Both the position numbers and the translations under genes were made by a program. A stretch of 64,000 nucleotides of DNA from Eledone cirrhosa (taxonomy: Eukaryota), in NCBI GenBank assembly GCA_964016885.1, contig OZ024742.1, positions 83,948,001 through 84,012,000 on the forward strand, read 5' to 3'. How positions within the stretch are numbered: position 1 is the first letter of the stretch; every line of letters begins with the position of its first letter. This document shows positions 33,492 to 47,410 of this stretch, piece after piece. The notes beneath the pieces were generated by a model. It made no database searches. It was given only the letters and a program-made list of their open reading frames with translations, and had not been told where the DNA came from.

Positions 33492-33689
33492 ATCGTTGCA
33501 GAAATATGCCAGATCATACTGAGCTCGCAATGGATGATAATTGTGCTGGTTACTGGACATGTTATAATGGAGTCGCAACTAAGGGCTGTTGTCGTCGTGG
33601 TCAATCTTTTAGAAAAAGGAGAGGTTGTATCCGAGATCGAAGTTGTAGAGATAGGTGTCGAGAGCCAGTCACAACACCCAGTCCAGAAA
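33492..33689 (+). CDS. Chitin-binding-like domain exon 4
   Basis: 198 bp, intact splice sites; ELAM, SFRK, TTPS variant. Confidence 0.85.
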
Positions 33690-34279
33690 GTAGGTGTACT
33701 CTTTCTTTTTTTTTTTATACATTTACATATACACACACACACACCATATATATATATATATATAAATATATAGTGGCTGCAAACTATGCTAAGAGTATTG
33801 GAATCGCTTGAAGATTATAGAGTTGGGTGCACTTTTAGGTTGCGGCCAGCCACACGATCCTGTAACATATCTTGAACAAGCAATGCCTGTGCTTTCAATG
33901 TTTTTAAGTGGGCAAATGCCTTGCAACTCAACCAATCCTACTTATTGAGCATCGAAAACAATACCTGAAAAGGGGAACTGGTCAACATCATCGGATGCCC
34001 CCGATGCCGCAGGTTTTTCTTTCAGTGTTTCCCTCTCCTAGAAAGGTGTTGGGACAACTGGGGGCCTTTCAGGCCCATGTGACAAAAGAGTACTATTTGG
34101 TTGGCCGTTGACTCCTGAGTTCCTTCGTCCTTCGCCGGGTCTTGTATTTCATCCCGCAGGGTGTCCAAATATCATCCTCCTCACCAAACAAGCTTGCTGG
34201 GGTTGCAGGTTTAATCGCCGACGACCCGGCCATGAAACAGGTTGTACTGGGTTAGATGTTACCAGTAGTACTCGAGAGT

Positions 34280-34371
<92 letters not shown>

Positions 34372-34384
34372 CATACATACATAC

Positions 34385-34469
<85 letters not shown>

Positions 34470-34704
34470 CATACATGCTCACAGAAACAAAACACACACA
34501 CACAGACAAACATATATATTTATATTATCAAGGATACATAGGGTAAATAAAAAAAAAGATAAAACAAAAGTGATTGTACAAGAATGTGATATCGTGCGCA
34601 ATAAACATAATAAAACCTCATGTTTGGACGATAAATACACATAAATACGTATAAAATATATAAATACATATAAAAACATATAAATACATAAAAAATCTTT
34701 TTCA

Positions 34705-35280
34705 GTGACATTGTCATTGAGTGCTTAGACTTTCCAAATTCCGCAGTCAATCCATCAAACAGGTCTAAACTTAAGAACTAGTAACTGAGGTGGTAGCTTT
34801 GCAATATGATTTGTTAGAGAACTTACTATAAGCTGCTGAATTATGATTGGACCATATAGCAATGGTGGTCTGTTGGGGTAGGAGGGCGGGAAATGGGTAA
34901 CTTAAAGAGAAGATTAGTTTTTAGGAAGGGTCCAACAGAATGAGACATATTATTAAAAATATGTAATATATTAATTGAAAATCCGGGAGAAAAACGGAGA
35001 ATTTGAATTCTAGGCTGGCATAAATAGGAGTTTAAACTCTGCTTATTGAGTCGATTACATGTAAAAGGAAAGACAAGTATTTTGCTTACATTGTCAAAAT
35101 CGACAGAACTTCCGTAATATAGATTAGATAGATAAATTATCTCCTTGGGAACCAGCAAGATTTATTTTATACTTGCGGTCAGACGGGAGGTGGATATGAG
35201 AGAAGGAGCAAAGTGTTCACAAAGTTAGCGAGCGAGATGCAGGAAAGTTCTAGAATAATTAATTAATAATAATACTAGAT
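34705..35280 (-). mobile_element. Orphan 5' end (UTR) of the RTE LINE; copies at 37321-37896, 39824-40399, 42399-42974 and 44960-45536
   Basis: Matches 50940-51514 of the full-length element and is followed by the same gctgat target-site copy. Confidence 0.8.
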
Positions 35281-35758
35281 GCTGATATAAGTTAGATTGC
35301 AGTTTAGTGCTTTTCAACTTTCCTTTGTACAGCAAAATCACACTATGTATATTATATGCAGTTATAGAGATCTTTACACATTATTCTCTATCAGTATATA
35401 TTTCTATATTGTTATTCCAAAGAACGTACGTAAGGCAGCATATGGTTGGCTATGCGTTCATATGGGTGCATGCCCGTGTATAAAAGCGTCTTAGCACTTC
35501 ATGTATGTACAATGACTGTAAAAGAAAAGGATGGAATTATACGTGTGAATTATTAGTATAATCTTGAATGAAACGACAGAAATATTTACTCGGTTTCGTC
35601 GGAATACTCAGCAGAAAATGTGTGGTAAAAGTTAAGTTACATTTAGGTACATTTCAACTGACCGTTGTACAGAGATATCTCACTCTCCATATTATATGTA
35701 GTTATAGAGATATTTAGAACATTCTTCATTATATATGTCTATATTCTATTTTCTAAAG

Positions 35759-35956
35759 ATCGTTGCAGAAATATGCCAGATCATACTGAGCTCGCAATGG
35801 ATGATAATTGTGCTGGTTACTGGACATGTTATAATGGAGTCGCAACTAAGGGCTGTTGTCGTCGTGGTCAATCTTTTAGAAAAAGGAGAGGTTGTATCCG
35901 AGATCGAAGTTGTAGAGATAGGTGTCGAGAGCCAGTCACAACACCCAGTCCAGAAA
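35759..35956 (+). CDS. Chitin-binding-like domain exon 5
   Basis: 198 bp, intact splice sites. Confidence 0.85.
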
Positions 35957-36536
35957 GTAGGTGTTCTCTTTCTTTTTTTTTTATACATTTACATATACAC
36001 ACACACCATATATATATATATATATATAGTGGCTGCAAACTCTGCTAAGAGTATTGGAATCGCTTGAAGATTATAGAGTTGGGTGCACTTTTAGGTTGCA
36101 GCCAGCCACACGATCCTGTAACATATCTTGAACAAGCAATGCCTGTGCTTTCAATGTTTTTAAGTGGGCAAATGCCTTGTAACTCAACCAATCCTACTTA
36201 TTGAGCATCGAAAACAATACCTGAAAAGGGGAACTGGTCAACATCATCGGATGCCCCCGATGCCGCAGGTGTTTCTTTCAGTGTTTCCCTCTCCTAGAAA
36301 GGTGTTGGGACAACTGGGGGGCCTTTCAGGCCCATGTGAAAAAAGAGTACTATTTGGATAGCCGTTGACTACTGAGTTCCTCCGTCCTATGCCGGGTCTT
36401 TTATTTAATCCCGCAGGGTGTCCAAACATCCTCCTCCTCACCAAACAAGCTTGCTGGGGTTGCAGGTTTAATCGCCGAAGACCCGGCCATGAAACAGGTT
36501 GTACTGGGTTAGATGTTACCAGTAGTACTCTAGAGT

Positions 36537-36669
<133 letters not shown>

Positions 36670-36670
36670 G

Positions 36671-36850
<180 letters not shown>

Positions 36851-38374
36851 TACATGCACACAGAAACAAAAAAAAAACACTCACACACAAACATATATAT
36901 TTATATTACTAAAGATACATACAGTGAATTAAAGAAAGAGATAAAAATGTGAGCATGCAAGAATGTGATGTGCGAAATAACCACAATATTACATCATAGT
37001 GGTCTCGAATGGATACATGCAATATATAGCAGTAAATCTCCATAGGGAAAACAAACAAAGAAAAACGTCTATTAAGACAAACAAAGAAAAATGTCTATAT
37101 ACCTCGTGGTCCATCGCCTGAAAGTATAAGTACGTACGTAAGGAAGCAATTGTACAGAGATATCTCACTCTCTATATTATATGTAGTGATTGTACAAGAA
37201 TGTGATATCGTGCGCAATAAACATAATAAAACCTCATGTTTGGACCATAAATACACATAAATACGTATAAAATGTATAAATACATATAAAAACATATAAA
37301 TACATAAAAAATCTTTTTCAGTGACATTGTCATTGAGTGCTTAGACTTTCCAAATTCCGCAGTCAATCCATCAAACAGGTCTAAACTTAAGAACTAGTAA
37401 CTGAGGTGGTAGCTTTGCAATATGATTTGTTAGAGAACTTACTATAAGCTGCTGAATTATGATTGGACCATATAGCAATGGTGGTCTGTTGGGGTAGGAG
37501 GGCGGGAAATGGGTAACTTAAAGAGAAGATTAGTTTTTAGGAAGGGTCCAACAGAATGAGACATATTATTAAAAATATGTAATATATTAATTGAAAATCC
37601 GGGAGAAAAACGGAGAATTTGAATTCTAGGCTGGCATAAATAGGAGTTTAAACTCTGCTTATTGTGTCGATTACATGTAAAAGGAAAGACAAGTATTTTG
37701 CTTACATTGTCAAAATCGACAGAACTTCCGTAATATAGATTAGATAGATAAATTATCTCCTTGGGAACCAGCAAGATTTATTTTATACTTGCGGTCAGAC
37801 GGGAGGTGGATATGAGAGAAGGAGCAAAGTGTTCACAAAGTTAGCGAGCGAGATGCAGGAAAGTTCTAGAATAATTAATTAATAATAATACTAGATGCTG
37901 ATATAAGTTAGATTGCAGTTTAGTGCTTTTCAACTTTCCTTTGTACAGCAAAATCACACTATGTATATTATATGCAGTTATAGAGATCTTTACACATTAT
38001 TCTCTATCAGTATATATTTCTATATTGTTATTCCAAAGAACGTACGTAAGGCAGCATATGGTTGGCTATGCGTTCATATGGGTGCATGCCCGTGTATAAA
38101 AGCGTCTTAGCACTTCATGTATGTACAATGACTGTAAAAGAAAAGGATGGAATTATACGTGTTAATTATTAGTATAATCTTGAATGAAACGACAGAAATA
38201 TTTACTCGGTTTCGTCGGAATACTCAGCAGAATATGTGTGGTAAAAGTTAAGTTACATTTAGGTACATTTCAACTGACCGTTGTACAGAGATATCTCACT
38301 CTCCATATTATATGTAATTATAGAGATATTTAGAACATTCTTCATTATATATGTCTATATTCTATTTTCTAAAG

Positions 38375-38572
38375 ATCGTTGCAGAAATATGCCAGATCAT
38401 ACTGAGCTCGCAATGGATGATAATTGTGCTGGTTACTGGACATGTTATAATGGAGTCGCAACTAAGGGCTGTTGTCGTCGTGGTCAATCTTTTAGAAAAA
38501 GGAGAGGTTGTATCCGAGATCGAAGTTGTAGAGATAGGTGTCGAGAGCCAGTCACAACACCCAGTCCAGAAA
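38375..38572 (+). CDS. Chitin-binding-like domain exon 6
   Basis: 198 bp, intact splice sites. Confidence 0.85.
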
Positions 38573-39155
38573 GTAGGTGTTCTCTTTCTTTTTTTTTTAT
38601 ACATTTACATATACACACACACCATATATATATATATATATATAGTGGCTGCAAACTCTGCTAAGAGTATTGGAATCGCTTGAAGATTATAGAGTTGGGT
38701 GCACTTTTAGGTTGCAGCCAGCCACACGATCCTGTAACATATCTTGAACAAGCAATGCCTGTGCTTTCAATGTTTTTAAGTGGGCAAATGCCTTGTAACT
38801 CAACCAATCCTACTTATTGAGCATCGAAAACAATACCTGAAAAGGGGAACTGGTCAACATCATCGGATGCCCCCGATGCCGCAGGTGTTTCTTTCAGTGT
38901 TTCCCTCTCCTAGAAAGGTGTTGGGACAACTGGGGGCCTTTCAGGCCCATGTGAAAAAAGAGTACTATTTGGATAGCCGTTGACTACTGAGTTCCTCCGT
39001 CCTATGCCGGGTCTTTTATTTAATCCCGCAGGGTGTCCAAACATCCTCCTCCTCACCAAACAAGCTTGCTGGGGTTGCAGGTTTAATCGCCGAAGACCCG
39101 GCCATGAAACAGGTTGTACTGGGTTAGATGTTACCAGTAGTACTCTAGAGTGACA

Positions 39156-39186
<31 letters not shown>

Positions 39187-39191
39187 GCGCG

Positions 39192-39235
<44 letters not shown>

Positions 39236-39244
39236 CATGCATAC

Positions 39245-39350
<106 letters not shown>

Positions 39351-40877
39351 TCATACATGCACACAGAAACAAAAAAAAAACACTCACACACAAACATATA
39401 TATTTATATTACTAAAGATACATACAGTGAATTAAAGAAAGAGATAAAAATGTGAGCATGCAAGAATGTGATGTGCGAAATAACCACAATATTACATCAT
39501 AGTGGTCTCGAATGGATACATGCAATATATAGCAGTAAATCTCCATAGGGAAAACAAACAAAGAAAAACGTCTATTAAGACAAACAAAGAAAAATGTCTA
39601 TATACCTCGTGGTCCATCGCCTGAAAGTATAAGTACGTACGTAAGGAAGCAATTGTACAGAGATATCTCACTCTCTATATTATATGTAGTGATTGTACAA
39701 GAATGTGATATCGTGCGCAATAAACATAATAAAACCTCATGTTTGGACGATAAATACACATAAATACGTATAAAATGTATAAATACATATAAAAACATAT
39801 AAATACATAAAAAATCTTTTTCAGTGACGTTGTCATTGAGTGCTTAGACTTTCCAAATTCCGCAGTCAATCCATCAAACAGGTCTAAACTTAAGAACTAG
39901 TAACTGAGGTGGTAGCTTTGCAATATGATTTGTTAGAGAACTTACTATAAGCTGCTGAATTATGATTGGACCATATAGCAATGGTGGTCTGTTGGGGTAG
40001 GAGGGCGGGAAATGGGTAATTTAAAGAGAAGATTAGTTTTTAGGAAGGGTCCAACAGAATGAGACATATTATTAAAAATATGTAATATATTAATTGAAAA
40101 TCCGGGAGAAAAACGGAGAATTTGAATTCTAGGCTGGCATAAATAGGAGTTTAAACTCTGCTTATTGAGTCGATTACATGTAAAAGGAAAGACAAGTATT
40201 TTGCTTACATTGTCAAAATCGACAGAACTTCCGTAATATAGATTAGATAGATAAAGTATGTCCTTGGGAACCAGCAAGATTTATTTTATACTAGCGGTCA
40301 GACGGGGGGTGGATATGAGAGAAGGAGCAAAGTGTTCACAAAGTTAGCGAGCGAGATGCAGGAAAGTTCTAGAATAATTAATTAATAATAATACTATATG
40401 CTGATATAAGTTAGATTGCAGTTTAGTGCTTTTCAACTTTCCTTTGTACAGCAAAATCACACTATGTATATTATATGCAGTTATAGAGATCTTTACACAT
40501 TATTCTCTATCAGTATATATTTCTATATTGTTATTCCAAAGAACGTACGTAAGGCAGCATATGGTTGGCTATGCGTTCATATGGGTGCATGCCCGTGTAT
40601 AAAAGCGTCTTAGCACTTCATGTATGTACAATGACTGTAAAAGAAAAGGATGGAATTATACGTGTGAATTATTAGTATAATCTTGAATGAAACGACAGAA
40701 ATATTTACTCGGTTTCGTCGGAATACTCAGCAGAATATGTGTGGTAAAAGTTAAGTTACATTTAGGTACATTTCAACTGACCGTTGTACAGAGATATCTC
40801 ACTCTCCATATTATATGTAATTATAGAGATATTTAGAACATTCTTCATTATATATGTCTATATTCTATTTTCTAAAG

Positions 40878-41075
40878 ATCGTTGCAGAAATATGCCAGAT
40901 CATACTGAGCTCCCAATGGATGATAATTGTGCTGGTTACTGGACATGTTATAATGGAGTCGCAACTAAGGGCTGTTGTCGTCGTGGTCAATCTTTTAGAA
41001 AAAGGAGAGGTTGTATCCGAGATCGAAGTTGTAGAGATAGGTGTCGAGAGCCAGTCACAACACCCAGTCCAGAAA
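40878..41075 (+). CDS. Chitin-binding-like domain exon 7
   Basis: 198 bp, intact splice sites; ELPM variant. Confidence 0.85.
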
Positions 41076-41665
41076 GTAGGTGTACTCTTTCTTTTTTTTT
41101 TTATACATTTACATATACACACACACACACCATATATATATATATATATATATATATAGTGGCTGCAAACTATGCTAAGAGTATTGGAATCGCTTGAAGA
41201 TTATAGAGTTGGGTGCACTTTTAGGTTGCGGCCAGCCACACGATCCTGTAACATATCTTGAACAAGCAATGCCTGTGCTTTCAATGTTTTTAAGTGGGCA
41301 AATGCCTTGCAACTCAACCAATCCTACTTATTGAGCATCGAAAACAATACCTGAAAAGGGGAACTGGTCAACATCATCGGATGCCCCCGATGCCGAAGGT
41401 GTTTCTTTCAGTGTTTCCCTCTCCTAGAAAGGTGTTGGGACAACTGGGAACCTTTCAGGCGCATGTGAAAAAAGAGTACTATTTGGATAGCCGTTGACTC
41501 CTGAGTTCCTCCGTCCTATGCTGGGTCTTTTATTTCATCCCGCAGGGTGTCCAAATATCATCCTCCTCACCAAACAAGCTTGCTGGGGTTGCAGGTTTAA
41601 TCGCCGACGACCCGGCCATGAAACAGGTTGTACTGGGTTAGATGTTACCAGTAGTACTCTAGAGT

Positions 41666-41821
<156 letters not shown>

Positions 41822-41827
41822 CATACA

Positions 41828-41926
<99 letters not shown>

Positions 41927-43452
41927 TACATGCACACAGAAACAAAAAAAAAAATCACTCACACACAAACATATATATTTATATTACTAAAGATACATAC
42001 AGTAAATTAAAGAAAGAGATAAAAATGTGAGCATGCAAGAATGTGATGTGCGAAATAACCACAATATTACATCATAGTGGTCTCGAATGGATACATGCAA
42101 TATATAGCAGTAAATCTCCATAGGGAAAACAAACAAAGAAAAACGTCTATTAAGACAAACAAAGAAAAATGTCTATATACCTCGTGGTCCATCGCCTGAA
42201 AGTATAAGTACGTACGTAAGGAAGCAATTGTACAGAGATATCTCACTCTCTATATTATATGTAGTGATTGTACAAGAATGTGATATCGTGCGCAATAAAC
42301 ATAATAAAACCTCATGTTTGGACCATAAATACACATAAATACGTATAAAATGTATAAATACATATAAAAACATATAAATACATAAAAAATCTTTTTCTGT
42401 GACATTGTCATTGAGTGCTTAGACTTTCCAAATTCCGCAGTCAATCCATCAAACAGGTCTAAACTTAAGAACTAGTAACTGAGGTGGTAGCTTTGCAATA
42501 TGATTTGTTAGAGAACTTACTATAAGCTGCTGAATTATGATTGGACCATATAGCAATGGTGGTCTGTTGGGGTAGGAGGGCGGGAAATGGGTAACTTAAA
42601 GAGAAGATTAGTTTTTAGGAAGGGTCCAACAGAATGAGACATATTATTAAAAATATGTAATATATTAATTGAAAATCCGGGAGAAAAACGGAGAATTTGA
42701 ATTCTAGGCTGGCATAAATAGGAGTTTAAACTCTGCTTATTGAGTCGATTACATGTAAAAGGAAAGACAAGTATTTTGCTTACATTGTCAAAATCGACAG
42801 ATCGTCCGTAATATAGATTAGATAGATAAATTATCTCCTTGGGAACCAGCAAGATTTATTTCATACTTGCGGTCAGACGGGAGGTGGATATGAGAGAAGG
42901 AGCAAAGTGTTCACAAAGTTAGCGAGCGAGATGCAGGAAAGTTCTAGAATAATTAATTAATAATAATACTATATGCTGATATAAGTGAGATTGCAGTTTA
43001 GTGCTTTTCAACTTTCCTTTGTACAGCAAAATCACACTATGTATATTATATGCAGTTATAGAGATCTTTACACATTATTCTCTATCAGTATATATTTCTA
43101 TATTGTTATTCCAAAGAACGTACGTAAGGCAGCATATGGTTGGCTATGCGTTCATATGGGTGCATGCCCGTGTATAAAAGCGTCTTAGCACTTCATGTAT
43201 GTACAATGACTGTAAAAGAAAAGGATGGAATTATACGTGTGAATTATTAGTATAATCTTGAATGAAACGACAGAAATATTTACTCGGTTTCGTCGGAATA
43301 CTCAGCAGAATATGTGTGGTAAAAGTTAAGTTACATTTAGGTACATTTCAACTGACCGTTGTACAGAGATATCTCACTCTCCATATTATATGTAGTTATA
43401 GAGATATTTAGAACATTCTTCATTATATATGTCTATATTCTATTTTCTAAAG

Positions 43453-43650
43453 ATCGTTGCAGAAATATGCCAGATCATACTGAGCTCGCAATGGATGATA
43501 ATTGTGCTGGTTACTGGACATGTTATAATGGAGTCGCAACTAAGGGCTGTTGTCGTCGTGGTCAATCTTTTAGAAACAGGAGAGGTTGTATCCGAGATCG
43601 AAGTTGTAGAGATAGGTGTCGAGAGCCAGTCACAATACTCAGTCCAGAAA
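43453..43650 (+). CDS. Chitin-binding-like domain exon 8
   Basis: 198 bp, intact splice sites; SFRN and TILS variant. Confidence 0.85.
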
Positions 43651-44309
43651 GTAGGTGTACTCTTTCTTTTTTTTTTTATACATTTACATATACACACACA
43701 CACACCATATATATATATATATATATATATAAATATATAGTGGCTGCAAACTATGCTAAGAGTATTGGAATCGCTTGAAGATTATAGAGTTTGGTGCACA
43801 TTTAGGTTGCGGCCAGCCACACGATCCTGTAACATAGCTTGAACAAGCAATGCCTGTGCTTTCAATGTTTTTAAGTGGGCAAATGCCTTGCAACTCAACC
43901 AATCCTACTTATTGAGCATCGAAAACAATACCTGAAAAGGGGAACTGGTCAACATCTCGGATGCCCCCGATGCCGCAGGTGTTTCTTTCAGTGTTTCCCT
44001 CTCCTAGAAAGGTGTTGGGACAACTGGGGGCCTTTCAGGCCCATGTGAAAAAAGAGTACTATTTGGATAGCCGTTGACTCCTGAGTTCCTCCGTCCTATG
44101 CCGGGTCTTTTATTTAATCCCGCAGGGTGTCCAAACATCCTCCTCCTCACCAAACAAGCTTGCTGGGGTTGCAGGTTTAATCGCCGAAGACCCGGCCATG
44201 AAACAGGTTGTACTGGGTTAGATGTTACCAGTAGTACTCGAGAGTGACACACACACACACACACACATATACATACATACATACATACATACATACATAC
44301 ATACATACA

Positions 44310-44345
<36 letters not shown>

Positions 44346-44349
44346 TATG

Positions 44350-44487
<138 letters not shown>

Positions 44488-46014
44488 TACATGCACACAG
44501 AAACAAAAAAAAAAATCACTCACACACAAACATATATATTTATATTACTAAAGATACATACAGTAAATTAAAGAAAGAGATAAAAATGTGAGCATGCAAG
44601 AATGTGATGTGCGAAATAACCACAATATTACATCATAGTGGTCTCGAATGGATACATGCAATATATAGCAGTAAATCTCCATAGGGAAAACAAACAAAGA
44701 AAAACGTCTATTAAGACAAACAAAGAAAAATGTCTATTTTCCTCGTGGTCCATCGCCTGAAAGTATCAGTACGTACGTAAGGAAGCAATTGTACAGAGAT
44801 ATCTCACTCTCTATATTATATGTAGTGATTGTACAAGAATGTGATATCGTGCGCAATAAACATAATAAAACCTCATGTTTGGACCATAAATACACATCAA
44901 TACGTATAAAATGTATAAATACATATAAAAACATATAAATACATAAAAAATCTTTTTCAGTGACATTGTCATTGAGTGCTTAGACTTTCCAAATTCCGCA
45001 GTTAACCCATCAAACAGGTCTAAACTTAAGGACTAGTAACTGAGGTGGTAGCTTTGCAATCTGATTTGTTAGAGAACTTACTATAAGCTGCTGAATTATG
45101 ATTGGACCATATAGCAATGGTGGTCTGTTGGGGTAGGAGGGCGGGAAATGGGTAACTTAAAGAGAAGATTAGTTTTTAGGAAGGGTCCAACAGAATGAGA
45201 CATATTATTAAAAATATGTAATATATTAATTGAAAATCCGGGAGAAAAACGGAGAATTTGAATTCTTGGCTGGCATAAATAGGAGTTTAAAACTCTGCTT
45301 ATTGAGTCGATTACATGTAAAAGGAAAGACAAGTATTTTGCTTACATTGTCAAAATCGACAGAACTTCCGTAATATAGATTAGATAGATAAATTATCTCC
45401 TTGGGAACCAGCAAGATTTATTTTATACTTGCGGTCAGACGGGAGGTGGATATGAGAGAAGGAGCAAAGTGTTCACAAAGTTAGCGAGCGAGATGCAGGA
45501 AAGTTCTAGAATAATTAATTAATAATAATACTATATGCTGATATAAGTGAGATTGCAGTTTAGTGCTTTTCAACTTTCCTTTGTACAGCAAAATCACACT
45601 ATGTATATTATATGCAGTTATAGAGATCTTTACACATTATTCTCTATCAGTATATATTTCTATATTGTTATTCCAAAGAACGTACGTAAGGCAGCATATG
45701 GTTGGCTATGCGTTCATATGGGTGCATGCCCGTGTATAAAAGCGTCTTAGCACTTCATGTATGTACAATGACTGTAAAAGAAAAGGATGGAATTATACGT
45801 GTGAATTATTAGTATAATCTTGAATGAAACGACAGAAATATTTACTCGGTTTCGTCGGAATACTCAGCAGAATATGTGTGGTAAAAGTTAAGTTACATTT
45901 AGGTACATTTCAACTGACCGTTGTACAGAGATATCTCACTCTCCATATTATATGTAGTTATAGAGATATTTAGAACATTCTTCATTATATATGTCTATAT
46001 TCTATTTTCTAAAG

Positions 46015-46212
46015 ATCGTTGCAGAAATATGCCAGATCATACTGAGCTCGCAATGGATGATAATTGTGCTGGTTACTGGACATGTTATAATGGAGTCGCA
46101 ACTAAGGGCTGTTGTCGTCGTGGTCAATCTTTTAGAAAAAGGAGAGGTTGTATCCGAGATCGAAGTTGTAGAGATAGGTGTCGAGAGCCAGTCACAACAC
46201 CCAGTCCAGAAA
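46015..46212 (+). CDS. Chitin-binding-like domain exon 9
   Basis: 198 bp, intact splice sites. Confidence 0.85.
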
Positions 46213-46802
46213 GTAGGTGTACTCTTTCTTTTTTTTTTTATACATTTACATATACACACACACACACCATATATATATATATATATAAATATATAGTGGC
46301 TGCAAACTATGCTAAGAGTATTGGAATCGCTTGAAGATTATAGAGTTGGGTGCACTTTTAGGTTGCGGCCAGCCACACGATCCTGTAACATATCTTGAAC
46401 AAGCAATGCCTGTGCTTTCAATGTTTTTAAGTGGGCAAATGCCTTGCAACTCAACCAATCCTACTTATTGAGCATCGAAAACAATACCTGAAAAGGGGAA
46501 CTGGTCAACATCATCGGATGTCCCCGATACCGCAGGTTTTTCTTTCAGTGTTTCCCTCTCCTAGAAAGGTGTTGGGACAACTGGGGCCTTTCAGTCCCAT
46601 GTGAAAAAAGAGTACTATTTGGTTGGCCGTTGACTCCTGAGTTCCTCCGTCCTTTGCCGGGTCTTTTATTTCATCCCGCAGGGTGTCCAAATATCCTCCT
46701 CCTCACCAAACAAGCTTGCTGGGGTTGCAGGTTTAATCGCCGACGACCCGGCCATGAAACAGGTTGTACTGGGTTAGATGTTACCAGTAGCACTCGAGAG
46801 TG

Positions 46803-46837
<35 letters not shown>

Positions 46838-47345
46838 CATACATATACATACATACATATATATATATATATACATACATGCTCACAGAAACAAAACACA
46901 CATACACACACAAACATATATATTTATATTATCAAGGATACATAGGGTAAATAAATAAAAAGATAAAACAAAAGTGATTGTACAAGAATGTGATATCGTG
47001 CGCAATAAACATAATAAAACCTCATGTTTGGACCATAAATACACATAAATACGTATAAAATGTATAAATACATATAAAAACATATAAATACATATAAAAT
47101 CTATAGTAATAAATCCCCCACAGATACGTGGGTCAAATGAACAAGATCTTTTATTTATCTCGTTGTCCACCACCTGGAAATGTAAGTGTAAATTTTGTAA
47201 GTGATATTGTCAGTGTATATGACTCAGCGACAAAAATATTGGTTTTCTACTTATCATAATCTTAATTGGTGAAGAGTTCTGCATAACTGATTGATTAAAA
47301 ACACGTCTCTATTTTAATCATAGCAATTTTATGGATACATGGCTG

Positions 47346-47347
<2 letters not shown>

Positions 47348-47410
<63 letters not shown>

